The notes under the pieces were generated by a model. That model was given only the letters and a program-made list of their open reading frames with translations. It ran no database searches and was not told the DNA's origin. From the sequence record LC667451.1: 64,000 nucleotides of DNA; one strand, given 5' to 3'. Position numbers and translations under genes: made by a program. Numbering within the stretch: position 1 is the stretch's first letter; every line of letters starts with the position of its first letter. This document shows, piece by piece, positions 38,601-48,698 of the stretch.

Positions 38601-40231
38601 GATTCGGTGATCTTGGTCTGGTGCGGTTCGATGACGGTAAAGTCAGCGAGGTTCGACTTGTTGTCCGGTGCCGTGATCGACTTCGGGGCTTGCGCCAGTT
38701 GCGACAGACGACGGTATTCGGCTGCTGACACCATCCCTTCATCGGCCAGACGGTTGAGCATGGCAATCACGCCATCTTCCGGCTGGGCAATGTCGTTGAT
38801 GTCCATCGTGTCGACCTTCTCCTCCTGATCGTGCACATGGCGCGAAAGGCGATCGAGTTCCGCCAGATCTTTTTCAATCTGTGCGTCTTCGTTCGGGTCG
38901 ATCTTGAAGTCTTCAGCGAGTTCCGTTTCCACCAACGTTTTGCCATCGTCGAACGTTTCGTCGTACGACTTGATGGTGTCGGGCTTGAGCAGCGTCTGAC
39001 CCGTCTTGGGGTCGACCTTGGGATTGGTCGCAGGCAACGTAACCACGCCGCTGTGCTCCTCTTCCTCATCGGCTTGTTCAGCGTCGAACTGCTCGCCCGG
39101 ATCACCTTCCTCGTAGATCGAGTCCGGGGTGTCCGGATGGCCCTGCTCCGCTTCGCTCTGTTCGACCTGCCCGTCTGCCGCCTGAACCGGTTCTTCGGCA
39201 TTGGCTGCCAGTTGCACTTCTGGACCCACGTCGGTGCGCACCTGGAACAGCGACATCGTCATACGCAGCAGGCGGCGCTGCATCTGTACCGGGTCGATCC
39301 CCTTGGTGTTCGCTTGCGGATTCGCGGCGAGTTCTTCTTCCGTCGCCACGCGCCAGCGGTTGATCACACCCAGGTTCACCACAAACCAACGACCCGATTC
39401 CACGAAGAGCAGATTGATGCGATCGAGGTACTTGTCGTCGACGTGCGAGATCAGTGACGAGTGGCGGTTCGGACCTGCCCACTTCCACAGTTCCAACAAC
39501 ATCAGCGTTTCCGGCGTGTGGAACACGCGCAGCGTACGCTGGTTCATTGCTTCCATCGCGACACTGTCCACCATGTTCGGGTAGACGTCCATCGAACGCA
39601 ACCACTCGGCGTCGGCCGATTCCACCGCCATCTTCATGCCTTCGGTGGCGTAACTCAGCACTTCGCCATCTTGCAGCGATTCCGACGCAATGCGCAGATC
39701 CGTCAGACCGGGCAACACGCGCGGCAAACGAATCTGGATAAACTGGTGGCGATCGGTCTTCTCGGCCAGCTTGCCGATGGTTTGCCACACCGTCGAGGCG
39801 ATGTTGTACCAGCGGTTGTACTCGGTGAACATCGAGCGCTGGTAGCGGTACAGACCGGTGATGAAACCGTAGTTCATCACAAACGGAACGTTCTGATCCC
39901 GCAAGCCTGCCTGCAGGTTGATCTGGCGACGATACCGGCGGTGATGTTGGTGATACTTACGGATCTCGGTTTCGATCGGCTGAGCGATCCGACGCGGCAT
40001 GCCTTTGTCGGAGAGCAACTCAGTGACGTGCGACATCGGAATCGGGCGTGCCACGTGACGGAACAGATACTCATCCGAGCGAGGACCGATGTCAACAGCC
40101 GACTCACTCACGTAGTGGTACATCGAGTTACGCGGGAGTTCCAGCTTGTCGAGCTTCGGCATCGGCGGATTGGTTAGCTGTCCCGACGTGCGGACACCAA
40201 AACTCCGAAAGAAGTTGTTAAAGAAAATCAT
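35687..40231 (-). CDS. rpoB: Virion RNA polymerase beta subunit, large N-terminal fragment (phiKZ gp178-like)
   Basis: 1514 aa; beta motifs 'DDAKRVNF..IQHSH', 'RRYG', 'EDSSAIS' and 'GVGDKGVFANQMKTV'. Confidence 0.92.
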   Translation of the reverse strand: MIFFNNFFRSFGVRTSGQLTNPPMPKLDKLELPRNSMYHYVSESAVDIGPRSDEYLFRHVARPIPMSHVTELLSDKGMPRRIAQPIETEIRKYHQHHRRYRRQINLQAGLRDQNVPFVMNYGFITGLYRYQRSMFTEYNRWYNIASTVWQTIGKLAEKTDRHQFIQIRLPRVLPGLTDLRIASESLQDGEVLSYATEGMKMAVESADAEWLRSMDVYPNMVDSVAMEAMNQRTLRVFHTPETLMLLELWKWAGPNRHSSLISHVDDKYLDRINLLFVESGRWFVVNLGVINRWRVATEEELAANPQANTKGIDPVQMQRRLLRMTMSLFQVRTDVGPEVQLAANAEEPVQAADGQVEQSEAEQGHPDTPDSIYEEGDPGEQFDAEQADEEEEHSGVVTLPATNPKVDPKTGQTLLKPDTIKSYDETFDDGKTLVETELAEDFKIDPNEDAQIEKDLAELDRLSRHVHDQEEKVDTMDINDIAQPEDGVIAMLNRLADEGMVSAAEYRRLSQLAQAPKSITAPDNKSNLADFTVIEPHQTKITESKAIKDIPTVLDKTMLKSSLLEFDQRYIEELLEKDVAAMVLALQNAGICVTSYEREEVHDVMGSYVMYHVRIVPVQGTASTLHFKLPLLSDDGTYMANGTRYRIRKQKGDLPIRKIAPDRVALTSYYGKLFVSRSEKRVNDKAAWLRNAIMAMGLDNENTTVVNLHPGDMFDNLFECPRLYSTMAMGFRGFTIDSAHFPKKLNFLFDHSKREGLYGPAVLQRLEQNGSIVCGQAEGGEYIVMNKDGIMMLITPRDDGQVDNGDIVPDFEKLLDLDAKKAPVEFAELKVLGRTIPLGVILGYQLGLEKLMKALKVTARRVHAGQRLNLEDFEYAIQFADETLIFDRRDTFASMILAGFNEYHRGIRNYSVYEFDRRGVYLNILEAGGRSERYLREIDLMYQMFIDPITKELLLAMHEPVKFQGLLLRSVQMLLSDHHPDELDPKYMRIKGYERMAGAVYAELIRSIRIHNGRPGKNKHPIDLNPYAVWTAIQTDPAKNQVSDINPVENLKDVEAVTFSGTGGRGSRSMTKRTRVYHRNDMGTISESTKDSSDVAINTYLSADPQFDSLRGTSKPYVIGETGATALLSTAALLSPGSDKDDAKRVNFVGIQHSHAIACEGYTQMSVRTGYEQVLAHRTSDLYAYTAKKDGKVISVSDTGMIIEYADGTRKGIDLGRRYGNAAGLTVAHMVVADVKEGQEFKAGDLLCHNTGFFERDTLNPNGVVWKAGAIVKTVLMESTDTLEDSSAISKRVSGLLMTKTTKVRKIVVNFDQSVRRLVKLGQSVASEDILCIIEDAVTANNNLFDEESLDTLRLLSAQAPQSKSKGVVERIEVFYHGDKEDMSESLRNLANASDRELAKRHRSAGRKSFTGSTDEGFRVDGEPLALDTMAIQIYITADVGAGVGDKGVFANQMKTVFGKVMERELKTESGTIIDCVFGYKSVYDRIVNSPAIIGTTTTLLDVIAKRAVAAYKS

Positions 40232-41856
40232 GAATCGTAACCTGTCAGATTGTGCATGACCAGCGCCACAGTCGCGACGTTGATACTGGAGATGAACGAA
40301 CCGTCGGTACCGACGTAAGCGCGCTTCTTCGTCAAGTGTTCCTTCACTTCCTTGATCGATTCGTCGGAGTACGTCACGTTAGCCGAGGCCGTGTCTCCGT
40401 CAAAGTCAGCGCCGAGCTTACCCAGCTTGGCTGAGTGCGGCACAAGCGAATTGATGAACGCCCCGCCCGTCACCGGGAACTGATAAGCGATCTTCGACTC
40501 GGACGAGAGCTGCCAGTTATCATCCAGTTCCCTCCGCACCTCCGAGATGATGGTCGTCTTCACGTACGACAATGACGGATAGATGGAACCCACACCGGTC
40601 ACCGGATACCGCGTCACGAAGAGCGGCAGGTTGTTGATGTAGGGGAACGTGGAAAGATACAGTAGCTGAACAAACGTCAGCGGCGTGACGTCCTTGCGGC
40701 TGCGGTCGATCGGTACGTCGCCAATGTCCTGGAAGATCTTGTACGTACCGTCCGGGCCCTTATACATCAGACCCAGATAGTAGCCTTCAATCTCCAGTGG
40801 CTTGTGACGCATGTCCTCGTCACCGAAACTGGTGATGACCTTTTCAATGCCTTCGTTGGTCATCCAGCGATCGTACGACTGCGGCTTGAGCGTCACTTCC
40901 ACAGGCCGCAACGTCTTCTTGTCGATGAGCTTCACCGGACGGCCCACTTCGAAGAACACCTTCGAGAGGAAACCATTGCGCAGGTGATACATCGCAATCG
41001 GTCGCGCCGCTTTCATCAGCTGGTACAAACCGATCACGGTGTTATTAAAGCCCACGGAGTCCGGTGCTCCCAAATACGGCGTGGACGTATCCATGGCCGT
41101 AATGACGTTACGTGTGCCGTCCTGAATCCGTCGCGAAGCCCACTTACCGAGCAGCAGCTTCTTCTTACCCTCGACCATGCTTTCGAGCATGTCGTAGAGT
41201 TGATTGAACGAAAGCTGCAAATTGAAACGCGCTGTGTTGATCACTTCCGGTGAGGACTTCACGGCACTTTCCGGCACCGTGTTGGCAATGGCGAGCAGCT
41301 TCCGATAGAAGCCATTGATCTCGTCCATCTGCACGCGACCCCCGTCGAGCTCCACGTCGCGCATCCCAGCAGGCATCACGATGACCTTGCTGGTCAGCGC
41401 AATCGACTGGAACTTCAGAATCAGCTGCTGGTTCTGGTCGCGGGTGACCGACTTGGTTTCACCGTACTCGATGAACTTCCAGTATTCCAGGAAGAACGCG
41501 TAGCCCGTACGACCCACGACTGGATTGGCGCGTTCGAAGTCCTTGATCTCCGGATTCCAGATGGCGTACTCAGTGCCTGCCATGATACCGGCATAAAGGC
41601 GCTTCATGGCCACCAGTGCACGATAGATCACTGGGTGAAAGATCGGGGCTTTGATGTCAATGAACGAAAAGCGACGTGAGCGTTTCTCATCGCCGACTTT
41701 GCCGAAGATGGAAACCGAGAACAGACCGCTCTCATCGAAGTTGCGCGTCGCGCCATCGAAGATGTCCTGCTTGGTGACAGGCTTCACCCCGACGAGCTTT
41801 TTCTCCGTGAGCTGCAAGATGCTCACGTTAAACGGCACGTTGGAATTTTGAGGCAT
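40228..41856 (-). CDS. rpoC: Virion RNA polymerase beta' subunit fragment carrying the catalytic loop (phiKZ gp180-like)
   Basis: 'LGADFDGDT' catalytic motif, 'GLFSVSIFG', 'VTRYPV' and 'GTRNVIT'. Confidence 0.92.
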   Translation of the reverse strand: MPQNSNVPFNVSILQLTEKKLVGVKPVTKQDIFDGATRNFDESGLFSVSIFGKVGDEKRSRRFSFIDIKAPIFHPVIYRALVAMKRLYAGIMAGTEYAIWNPEIKDFERANPVVGRTGYAFFLEYWKFIEYGETKSVTRDQNQQLILKFQSIALTSKVIVMPAGMRDVELDGGRVQMDEINGFYRKLLAIANTVPESAVKSSPEVINTARFNLQLSFNQLYDMLESMVEGKKKLLLGKWASRRIQDGTRNVITAMDTSTPYLGAPDSVGFNNTVIGLYQLMKAARPIAMYHLRNGFLSKVFFEVGRPVKLIDKKTLRPVEVTLKPQSYDRWMTNEGIEKVITSFGDEDMRHKPLEIEGYYLGLMYKGPDGTYKIFQDIGDVPIDRSRKDVTPLTFVQLLYLSTFPYINNLPLFVTRYPVTGVGSIYPSLSYVKTTIISEVRRELDDNWQLSSESKIAYQFPVTGGAFINSLVPHSAKLGKLGADFDGDTASANVTYSDESIKEVKEHLTKKRAYVGTDGSFISSINVATVALVMHNLTGYDS

Positions 41857-41930
41857 ATCTTATCCTGCGGATTTTTAGACTGAAATTATGAGGGAGTACA
41901 AGACGCCCAAATAAATGGAGCCTGTGATTT

Positions 41931-44900
41931 ATGGCCAAACAGCAGAAGTTTACGTTGGATGATTTCTCATTCGACAAGAACTTGGATGTGCCTGATTTCG
42001 ATTTCGACATCAAGCCGCCCAAGGACACACGCAAACCGATCATGAAGGTGGCGTCTGGCTTGAAGTCCGGCTTCTCGGCCGTTGCGTTGAGCAACGACTT
42101 TGCGCGGGACATGGTCAAGAAGGCGTTGCCCAAAGGGTTCGGTTCGGTGTATGACATCACCGAAAAGTCTGCGTCAAACCTGAAGAGTCTATACGATGAC
42201 ACGACCCGAGAGATCCGGCCGTTCATGAACGACTTGAAGCGCACCACGGCTCGTCTGCTTCCGAAAGTGGAAGAGGCGATGCCGAAGAAGGTGGCGCAGA
42301 TGGTGAAAGACTGGACTGCGACGGCGGATCAGAACCCGAGTTCCCCCAACTACGACCCGCGCGAAGCTGAGATCAGCGCGCAGCTTGCCGGGATGGTGAA
42401 AGCCACTGCTTTGCTGCAACAAAAGCAAAGCGAAGACAACGATCAAAAGGACCGACTTCGTGAAGGCCTCGAACAAGTACGCCATCGGGACAAGCTTAAG
42501 CAGCTTGACCAAATGCGCCTTGGTATTATTCAGCTTGTGGATTACCAGGCCAACGTTACCGCTAACTACCACCGCAAGTCGCTCGAACTTCAGTACCGCC
42601 ACTACTTTGTTGCTGTAGACGCGCTGGAGGAATCCAAGCGCAGCAATGCCGAGATGAAGGCAGCGCTCGCGGCGATCGTGCACAACACGGCTTTGCCGGA
42701 ACAAGTCAAGCTGCATGCATCCGACACATTCAAGCAACTGGCCAAGAAGCAGATCGGCTCAGTGATTGGTAACACGATCTTCGGCCGTTCGAGCAACTTC
42801 ATCGATACCCTCACCGGGAACCTGAAGAAGACCGCCTCGGCGCGCGTGAAGAACGCCGTGGGGCTTGGTCGAGGCGCACTGGGTGATGTGAATGCCGCGC
42901 TGGACGACATGGACCTGGCTGAGGCCATGGGCATGAAGACCGATCCGTACCATGCGGGTGGTCTGGCAGCAGGCGCGTTTGGTACCTCAGTGATTGGTGA
43001 CTGGTTGGCCTCGAAGCTTAATCCGCACCTGGCCAAGATTCCGGGTCTGAAGAAGGCGGGTAACCGTCTCCAGTACGGGGCAGAGAATCTGCCGCAGATC
43101 CTGGATCAGTGGGCCCGCTCGAACAAGCATGAAACGGGTGGGATGACCGATGGCCTGGTGCGGTTCCTGAAGGCTAACGTCCGCTCGGCTTCCAAGCTGC
43201 AAACGGGTGTGATCAAGGACGCGGTTCAAGGCATGAACGAGCCGTCGTACTTCAGCCGTCAGAGTTCCAAGACCCTGAATGAGATCATTCCGGGTTATCT
43301 GGCTCGTATGCTGCGTGAACTGCAGATCATCCGTACGGGTGACCAGAACACGGAGATGGTCCATTACGACTTCACCAAGAATCGTTTCGATACGCATTCG
43401 AACGTGAAGAAGAATGCCTTCGGTGCTCTGGTGGATAAAGACCAGAAGGGCTGGACGCGTGACCAGGTGGAGCAGCTGCTTGATCAGGTGGATGGCAAGA
43501 AGACGCTCTCGCCTGAGCAACGTCGGATCTTGGGCCAGCAACTCTTGCGTAACAACGTCCGGGGTCGACTGGGTGGTGTGGAAGTGCTGGGTAAGACCAA
43601 TCGTTACGACGGTGAAGCCCAGCAGCACGGCGAGCAGTTCTCCAAGCTCTTCCGTGACTACTTCAAGAACGATGCGGATTCGTCCAAGAAGCACGGCTTT
43701 GCTAATGCCTACAACGCACTCGGTCAGTTTGCGACTGCGTCGCGTGACTCGGTCCAGGACTTCTCTAACCTGGGCATGAATGACTTCTTGCAGGAGTCGG
43801 GCATTCTGAATGAGAAGGGTGATGCCGTGGATCTCGAGAAGTTCTTCGAGTATTACTACGGTAGCGAATACAATCCTGGTGGTAATCCGGCTGTGCCGGG
43901 TCAGCACACGTTCAGCGGCCAGCCCATCGGTGGCCGAAGCCGACCGCGTCGTCGGCAGCGCAGCACAGCCCGGCCGCAACGTCCGGCACGTCCGCAGATC
44001 TTCATGGGCGGCAAAGCACCGGAGACTGGCTTGGGTGGCAACGATGTCCAGACACTGTTGGGTGCGATTCATGGCGCGGTGTTGCGCGTCGATGATGGCG
44101 TCAAGGGTCTGTCGGGCATGATCCAATCGCCGGACAAGGAACACTCAGTCTTCTCCCAGATGCTCGAGAAGCTCACCAGCATGGAGCAACGTATTCAGGC
44201 CGGTGTGCCGACGATGATCGTAGGCAACGTCGCTGATGGTAGCATTCCGGCTGGCGCGGCGGACGTAGGTGGCCAGAAGGGCAAGGGCTGGTGGTGGAAC
44301 CGTTCGATCAAGGATGCTGCCAAGGGTGTCGCCGGTGGTATCTGGGGCGGTGCCCGTAAGGCAGGTCAGTTCGGTAACTGGTTGGTCGGTGGCGGCTTTG
44401 GTTCGGTCAATAAGGTCACGCGCTTTACGGCGGGCCTGATTGGTGGCCAGTTGGGTCGTGTCGCAGACAAGATGCGCGGCTTTAAGGACGTGTACTCGGA
44501 ATCAACCGGTCGCAAGGTACTGCTCTATGGCCAGCGTCTGAAGGCGGGTGAGTACTTCGATGTCAAGACGGGCAAGCCCATCAAGACGTGGAAGGACATC
44601 CAGGGTGCGGTCGCCGATGAGTCTGGCATCGTCATGACCGAGGAACAGGCCGCGACGGCTTATGTCCGTGAAGGACTGGGCAAGAAGGCGCTGCGGGGGA
44701 TGGGTGCGATCATCAAGACCGGTGCTAAGATTGGTAATAGCATTGGGGGGAGCATCTTCAACGCCCTCCCTCGTGGCTGGAAACTGGTCTCGGGTGCGGG
44801 TGGAATGGTGCTCAAGGCCGCCACTTCGTACATGAACGGTCCGCAAGACGTGTATGTGCACGATGCCTCGAATCCGAAGAAGCTGCGTAAGGCGCTCGAC

Positions 44901-47900
44901 GCTAAGACCATGCGTGCAGGCGGTTACAAGTCTGCGGTGAGCGATCACCCCATCAAGAACCCCAAGGACATTGACGGCGCTGTTGTCAATTACAAGGGTG
45001 TCGAAGTCCTGACGGACGACGAATTCAAGATGGGCCTGTATAACAAACAGGGCGACCCGATCAAGACCGGCGTGAGTCGTCTCTTGGGTGGCGTGGGCAG
45101 GATTGCAGGTGCTGGCGTAGGCGCGCTGAAGTGGTTGGCAGGCGGCATTAACCAAGGTATCGGCAACATGTTCGGACTGGGCAAGGGATTCCTCTCAGGA
45201 CTCTCCGGCATCTTCGGCCGACATGGGATCTTCTTTGGGGGCGGTAAGAAACTGATGGATACCGTCAGTGAAATCCGTGACCTCTTGAAAGAGCGCCTGC
45301 CGCAACAGCGCAAGATCCGTAAGGGTTCGATTGAGGATCAGCACAACCAACGCCGGGAGGCGGAAGAAGAAGCACGGCGCAATGCCAAGGATGGTGATGG
45401 CGACGGCAAGAAGCGAGGCGGGATTCTCAGTCTGCTCTCAGGCCTCTTTGGCAAGAAGAAAAAGAAGGACGATGAAGACAAGGATGGTAAGGGCGGTCTC
45501 GTAGACGATATCGAATCCGGTGTCGGCCAAGCGATTGGCGAACGTATCCTCGGGAAGATTCCGGGTGGTAAGTATCTGCGTAAGATCCCTGGTCTGGGTC
45601 GTCTGTTTGGCAAGGGTGGCGCGTCCGCTGCCGCTGGGGCTGCAGAAGGTGCAGTGGCTGGTGCGGCCAAGCGCGGATTGGGCTCGCGGCTCTTGGGTGG
45701 ATTGAAGTGGGGCAAGGGTCTCGGTGCGGGTCTCGCACTGGGTGGTGCTTCGGCACTGGCAAACGCCACGGGTCATACGACCATTGGATCGGGGTTGGGT
45801 TATGCAGGCGATGCTGCGACTGGCTGGTCTGTTGCTTCTGGGGCTGCTAGTCTACTCGGTATTGAGGGTGGAGCACTGGGTCTTGCAGGCGCTGCAGGAG
45901 GGGCGCTCCTTACTGGACTTGGTGCGATCATTTCTTCACCTGTGCTCCTACCTGCTCTCGGTATTGCAGCAACTGGGGCTGCGCTGTACGGGGGCTACAA
46001 GTTCCTGACGCGCAACAAGCTGGATGCACTCTCGAAGATCCGTTATGCGCAGTACGGCTGGAAGGCGGAGGACAACGACTACGTCAGCAAGGTCTTCGGA
46101 CTGGAAAGTACGCTGATGCCGGGCGTGGTCTATCAGGGCGGCATGGCGCAGATTGATCCCAAGAAGGTCGATCTGAAGAAGGCCGTGGAAAGCTTCGGAG
46201 TGGATCTGCACGATAAGGACCAGGTGGCGGCATTTACCACGTGGTACCTGAAGCGCTTTAAGCCGGTGTTTATCACACACCTGACGATCCTGAACGGGAT
46301 CAAGCCAGGGGTGTCGTTGGGAGATGTGGATAGCAAGCTGAATGCTCAGGAGAAACAGAAGTATCTCGCTGGGATTCAGATGCCGTCTGATCCGTACAAC
46401 GTGATGGTTTCACCGGTGCCGGGCGGGAAACTGAGTGCGGGTCCGGATGACGTCAAGGCAGCGATCGATGACGCGAAGAAGTCGATCGATAAGGACAGCA
46501 AGGACGACAAGGACAAGAAGCCGACCGACGCGTTGACGAAGGCGGGGCAAGTCGCCGGTGCAACGGCGGGACTGGCAGCAGCTGGTGCGGTGGCAGGGGA
46601 TGCAGTTAAGAACCTGAACGCCGCGGCGAGCGCCAACCAGCCGACACTGGCCAAGCCCTCGGGCGCAGGTGGGGCAATGGGCGCATCGGTCGCTTCGGCG
46701 ATTTCACCGATGAACAACGCCCAGGTGGACGCCATGGAGGCCATTCGTTTCAAGACGTATGGCCTTAAGGAAATGGACAGCGATAAGGTTCACTCCTTGC
46801 GTCAATTGGAAGCGCTGGTACAGAAGGACGTCAAAGTCTCTAAGGGTAAAGCCGACTGGGGTGGCGATGTCTCGGAGCTGACCGCAAAGATCGCACCGCA
46901 GTTTGGCTTCTCGGGCAACCGGAGCAATCGCGCGTACGATTGGATGGCCTGGTTCCACAAGCGTTTCTTGCCGACCTACCTGACCTACGTGTCAGCGGTG
47001 TGTTCGGTCACCAACCAATCTGATCCGGCCGGGGCGATGAAGGCAATCAAACCGGATGACCTGCTTAATGCAGCCAAGCAAGTGGTCAGTGCCTCGACGA
47101 CGGCTTACGGCATGGCGACCTCGGTCTGGCAGATTCCGACTTCACCGTGGGAAAACTACGAGTTGAATAAGGAGTCGGCCTCAACCGACGGTAACATGGC
47201 GAGCCTGAAGCAAGCGCAAAAGGCACCGGCGCTGCCGGAGCAGGCGGCCTTCCAAAAGAAGACGTCGGCTGCCAATGACTCGAAGAACACGAGTCAGGAT
47301 GCCGGTCCCTCCGCACAATCGAGTTGGTTGGACAAGCTGAAGTCAGGCGTGTCGAATGCGTGGGATGCGACCAAAGCCTTTGCAGGTAAGGCCTGGGATG
47401 CGACCAAGTCGGCAGCAGGGGCGGTGGGGAGCGCGGTAGCGGGTGCAGGTGCCGCTGTCGGGAACTTTGCGTCCAATGTGGTGTCGGGCGCGGGCGATGC
47501 CCTGAAGTCGGGCTACAATGCGGCTAAGGGGGCAGCAGGCAGGATCGGTGCGACGATTTCGGCTTCGGCCAGTGCAATCAAGAATGCCTTGATTAGCGCG
47601 ATGAAGACGTCGGGCATTACCGATCCGAAAGAGCAGGCGATGTTCATGGCACAGATGGACCATGAGAGTGGGGGTTTTAAGTCACTCTCGGAAAATCTGA
47701 ACTACCGACCCTCAGTACTGATGAGTCTCTTCAAGGGACACTTCAGTGGTCAACAGGATGCCCAGCAGGTGGCCTCGGAAGGTCCGGAAGCGATTGCTAA
47801 CCGGATTTACGGCGGTCGCATGGGGAACAAAGATCCGGGTGACGGTTGGAAGTATCGGGGACGTGGTGTGGTGCAATTGACCGGTAAGGACAACTACATC

Positions 47901-48650
47901 AAGTTCGGTAAGCTGACGGGGTTGGATCTGGTGAATAACCCGGACCTCGCCAGCGATCCGATGAACGCGGCCAAGATTGCCATTGCGTACTGGAAGAACC
48001 GAGTCAGTTCGGCAGCCGCCAAGAACGGTGACGTGGCAGCCGTCACGAAGGCCATCAATGGCGGTTACAACGGCTTGCAGGATCGGGCCGCGAAATTCCA
48101 GACGTACCTGTCTCAGGCAGCCAGTGGTGCATTGGGTGGTAAGCCTGATCCGAATGCCGCGACGCAAACGGCAGAGGGTGGCGCACCTGGTGCATCGGGT
48201 AGCACAAGCGGTGGCGTGATCAAGGTGGCGGATCAAACCCCTGGGCCGGCTCCGGCCACCAAGGGCACGACGCCGACGCCGTCATCCACCGCGTCCAGCG
48301 ACGCGAGTGCAGCTGTCAGTGCGCAGCCGGACTCTATCGCGTCTCAGACTCAGGCCGTGACGGGCTTCCAGAATCGCAACAAGGATCTGGCTGCACAGAA
48401 CGACTATCAGAATGAGAGCCTGGCCAAGTCGTTGGGTCCGGTGACAGATGTGCTCAAGCAATCACTGACGGTGCAACAGGGCATGCTGCAAGCTCTGCAA
48501 CAGTTGGTGAAGATGGGTGGGATCATGCCGGGCCAAAAGCCTAGCAATACTCCGACGCCGTCTGGCGGTAGCGCTTCGCCTGATGCTATGCAACGCAAGA
48601 ACCCGCAGTCCATGCCGACGCCTCCGGTGTCGATGAGCAAAATGGTCTAA
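41931..48650 (+). CDS. Giant tail-associated lysin/tape-measure-like protein with a GH19 lysozyme domain (phiKZ gp181 position)
   Basis: 2239 aa divergent from the RNAP genes; Gly/Ala-rich hydrophobic segment; GH19 motifs 'AQMDHESGGF..LSENLNY', 'GDGWKYRGRG..QLTGKDNY' and 'TKAINGGYNGL.DR'. Confidence 0.88.
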   Translation: MAKQQKFTLDDFSFDKNLDVPDFDFDIKPPKDTRKPIMKVASGLKSGFSAVALSNDFARDMVKKALPKGFGSVYDITEKSASNLKSLYDDTTREIRPFMNDLKRTTARLLPKVEEAMPKKVAQMVKDWTATADQNPSSPNYDPREAEISAQLAGMVKATALLQQKQSEDNDQKDRLREGLEQVRHRDKLKQLDQMRLGIIQLVDYQANVTANYHRKSLELQYRHYFVAVDALEESKRSNAEMKAALAAIVHNTALPEQVKLHASDTFKQLAKKQIGSVIGNTIFGRSSNFIDTLTGNLKKTASARVKNAVGLGRGALGDVNAALDDMDLAEAMGMKTDPYHAGGLAAGAFGTSVIGDWLASKLNPHLAKIPGLKKAGNRLQYGAENLPQILDQWARSNKHETGGMTDGLVRFLKANVRSASKLQTGVIKDAVQGMNEPSYFSRQSSKTLNEIIPGYLARMLRELQIIRTGDQNTEMVHYDFTKNRFDTHSNVKKNAFGALVDKDQKGWTRDQVEQLLDQVDGKKTLSPEQRRILGQQLLRNNVRGRLGGVEVLGKTNRYDGEAQQHGEQFSKLFRDYFKNDADSSKKHGFANAYNALGQFATASRDSVQDFSNLGMNDFLQESGILNEKGDAVDLEKFFEYYYGSEYNPGGNPAVPGQHTFSGQPIGGRSRPRRRQRSTARPQRPARPQIFMGGKAPETGLGGNDVQTLLGAIHGAVLRVDDGVKGLSGMIQSPDKEHSVFSQMLEKLTSMEQRIQAGVPTMIVGNVADGSIPAGAADVGGQKGKGWWWNRSIKDAAKGVAGGIWGGARKAGQFGNWLVGGGFGSVNKVTRFTAGLIGGQLGRVADKMRGFKDVYSESTGRKVLLYGQRLKAGEYFDVKTGKPIKTWKDIQGAVADESGIVMTEEQAATAYVREGLGKKALRGMGAIIKTGAKIGNSIGGSIFNALPRGWKLVSGAGGMVLKAATSYMNGPQDVYVHDASNPKKLRKALDAKTMRAGGYKSAVSDHPIKNPKDIDGAVVNYKGVEVLTDDEFKMGLYNKQGDPIKTGVSRLLGGVGRIAGAGVGALKWLAGGINQGIGNMFGLGKGFLSGLSGIFGRHGIFFGGGKKLMDTVSEIRDLLKERLPQQRKIRKGSIEDQHNQRREAEEEARRNAKDGDGDGKKRGGILSLLSGLFGKKKKKDDEDKDGKGGLVDDIESGVGQAIGERILGKIPGGKYLRKIPGLGRLFGKGGASAAAGAAEGAVAGAAKRGLGSRLLGGLKWGKGLGAGLALGGASALANATGHTTIGSGLGYAGDAATGWSVASGAASLLGIEGGALGLAGAAGGALLTGLGAIISSPVLLPALGIAATGAALYGGYKFLTRNKLDALSKIRYAQYGWKAEDNDYVSKVFGLESTLMPGVVYQGGMAQIDPKKVDLKKAVESFGVDLHDKDQVAAFTTWYLKRFKPVFITHLTILNGIKPGVSLGDVDSKLNAQEKQKYLAGIQMPSDPYNVMVSPVPGGKLSAGPDDVKAAIDDAKKSIDKDSKDDKDKKPTDALTKAGQVAGATAGLAAAGAVAGDAVKNLNAAASANQPTLAKPSGAGGAMGASVASAISPMNNAQVDAMEAIRFKTYGLKEMDSDKVHSLRQLEALVQKDVKVSKGKADWGGDVSELTAKIAPQFGFSGNRSNRAYDWMAWFHKRFLPTYLTYVSAVCSVTNQSDPAGAMKAIKPDDLLNAAKQVVSASTTAYGMATSVWQIPTSPWENYELNKESASTDGNMASLKQAQKAPALPEQAAFQKKTSAANDSKNTSQDAGPSAQSSWLDKLKSGVSNAWDATKAFAGKAWDATKSAAGAVGSAVAGAGAAVGNFASNVVSGAGDALKSGYNAAKGAAGRIGATISASASAIKNALISAMKTSGITDPKEQAMFMAQMDHESGGFKSLSENLNYRPSVLMSLFKGHFSGQQDAQQVASEGPEAIANRIYGGRMGNKDPGDGWKYRGRGVVQLTGKDNYIKFGKLTGLDLVNNPDLASDPMNAAKIAIAYWKNRVSSAAAKNGDVAAVTKAINGGYNGLQDRAAKFQTYLSQAASGALGGKPDPNAATQTAEGGAPGASGSTSGGVIKVADQTPGPAPATKGTTPTPSSTASSDASAAVSAQPDSIASQTQAVTGFQNRNKDLAAQNDYQNESLAKSLGPVTDVLKQSLTVQQGMLQALQQLVKMGGIMPGQKPSNTPTPSGGSASPDAMQRKNPQSMPTPPVSMSKMV

Positions 48651-48698
48651 TTGAAGGGGGGCTTCGGCTCCCCTTTTTATTTTGTCACAGGAGTAGAC

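Noticed and set aside
35687-40231. Inteins or introns in RNAP beta, terminase or polymerase
   Set aside because: The ORFs are continuous and I saw no Cys...His-Asn splice motifs or LAGLIDADG blocks. The acidic insert in beta is low-complexity linker.
40380-40420. GADFDGD instead of NADFDGD in RNAP beta'
   Set aside because: The catalytic DxDGD is intact and this variation is expected in phiKZ-family virion RNAPs.
47340-47410. Short direct repeat GCGTGGGATGCGACCAA / GCCTGGGATGCGACCAA in the tail lysin
   Set aside because: Encodes ordinary AWDATK helical repeats typical of tape-measure-like proteins.
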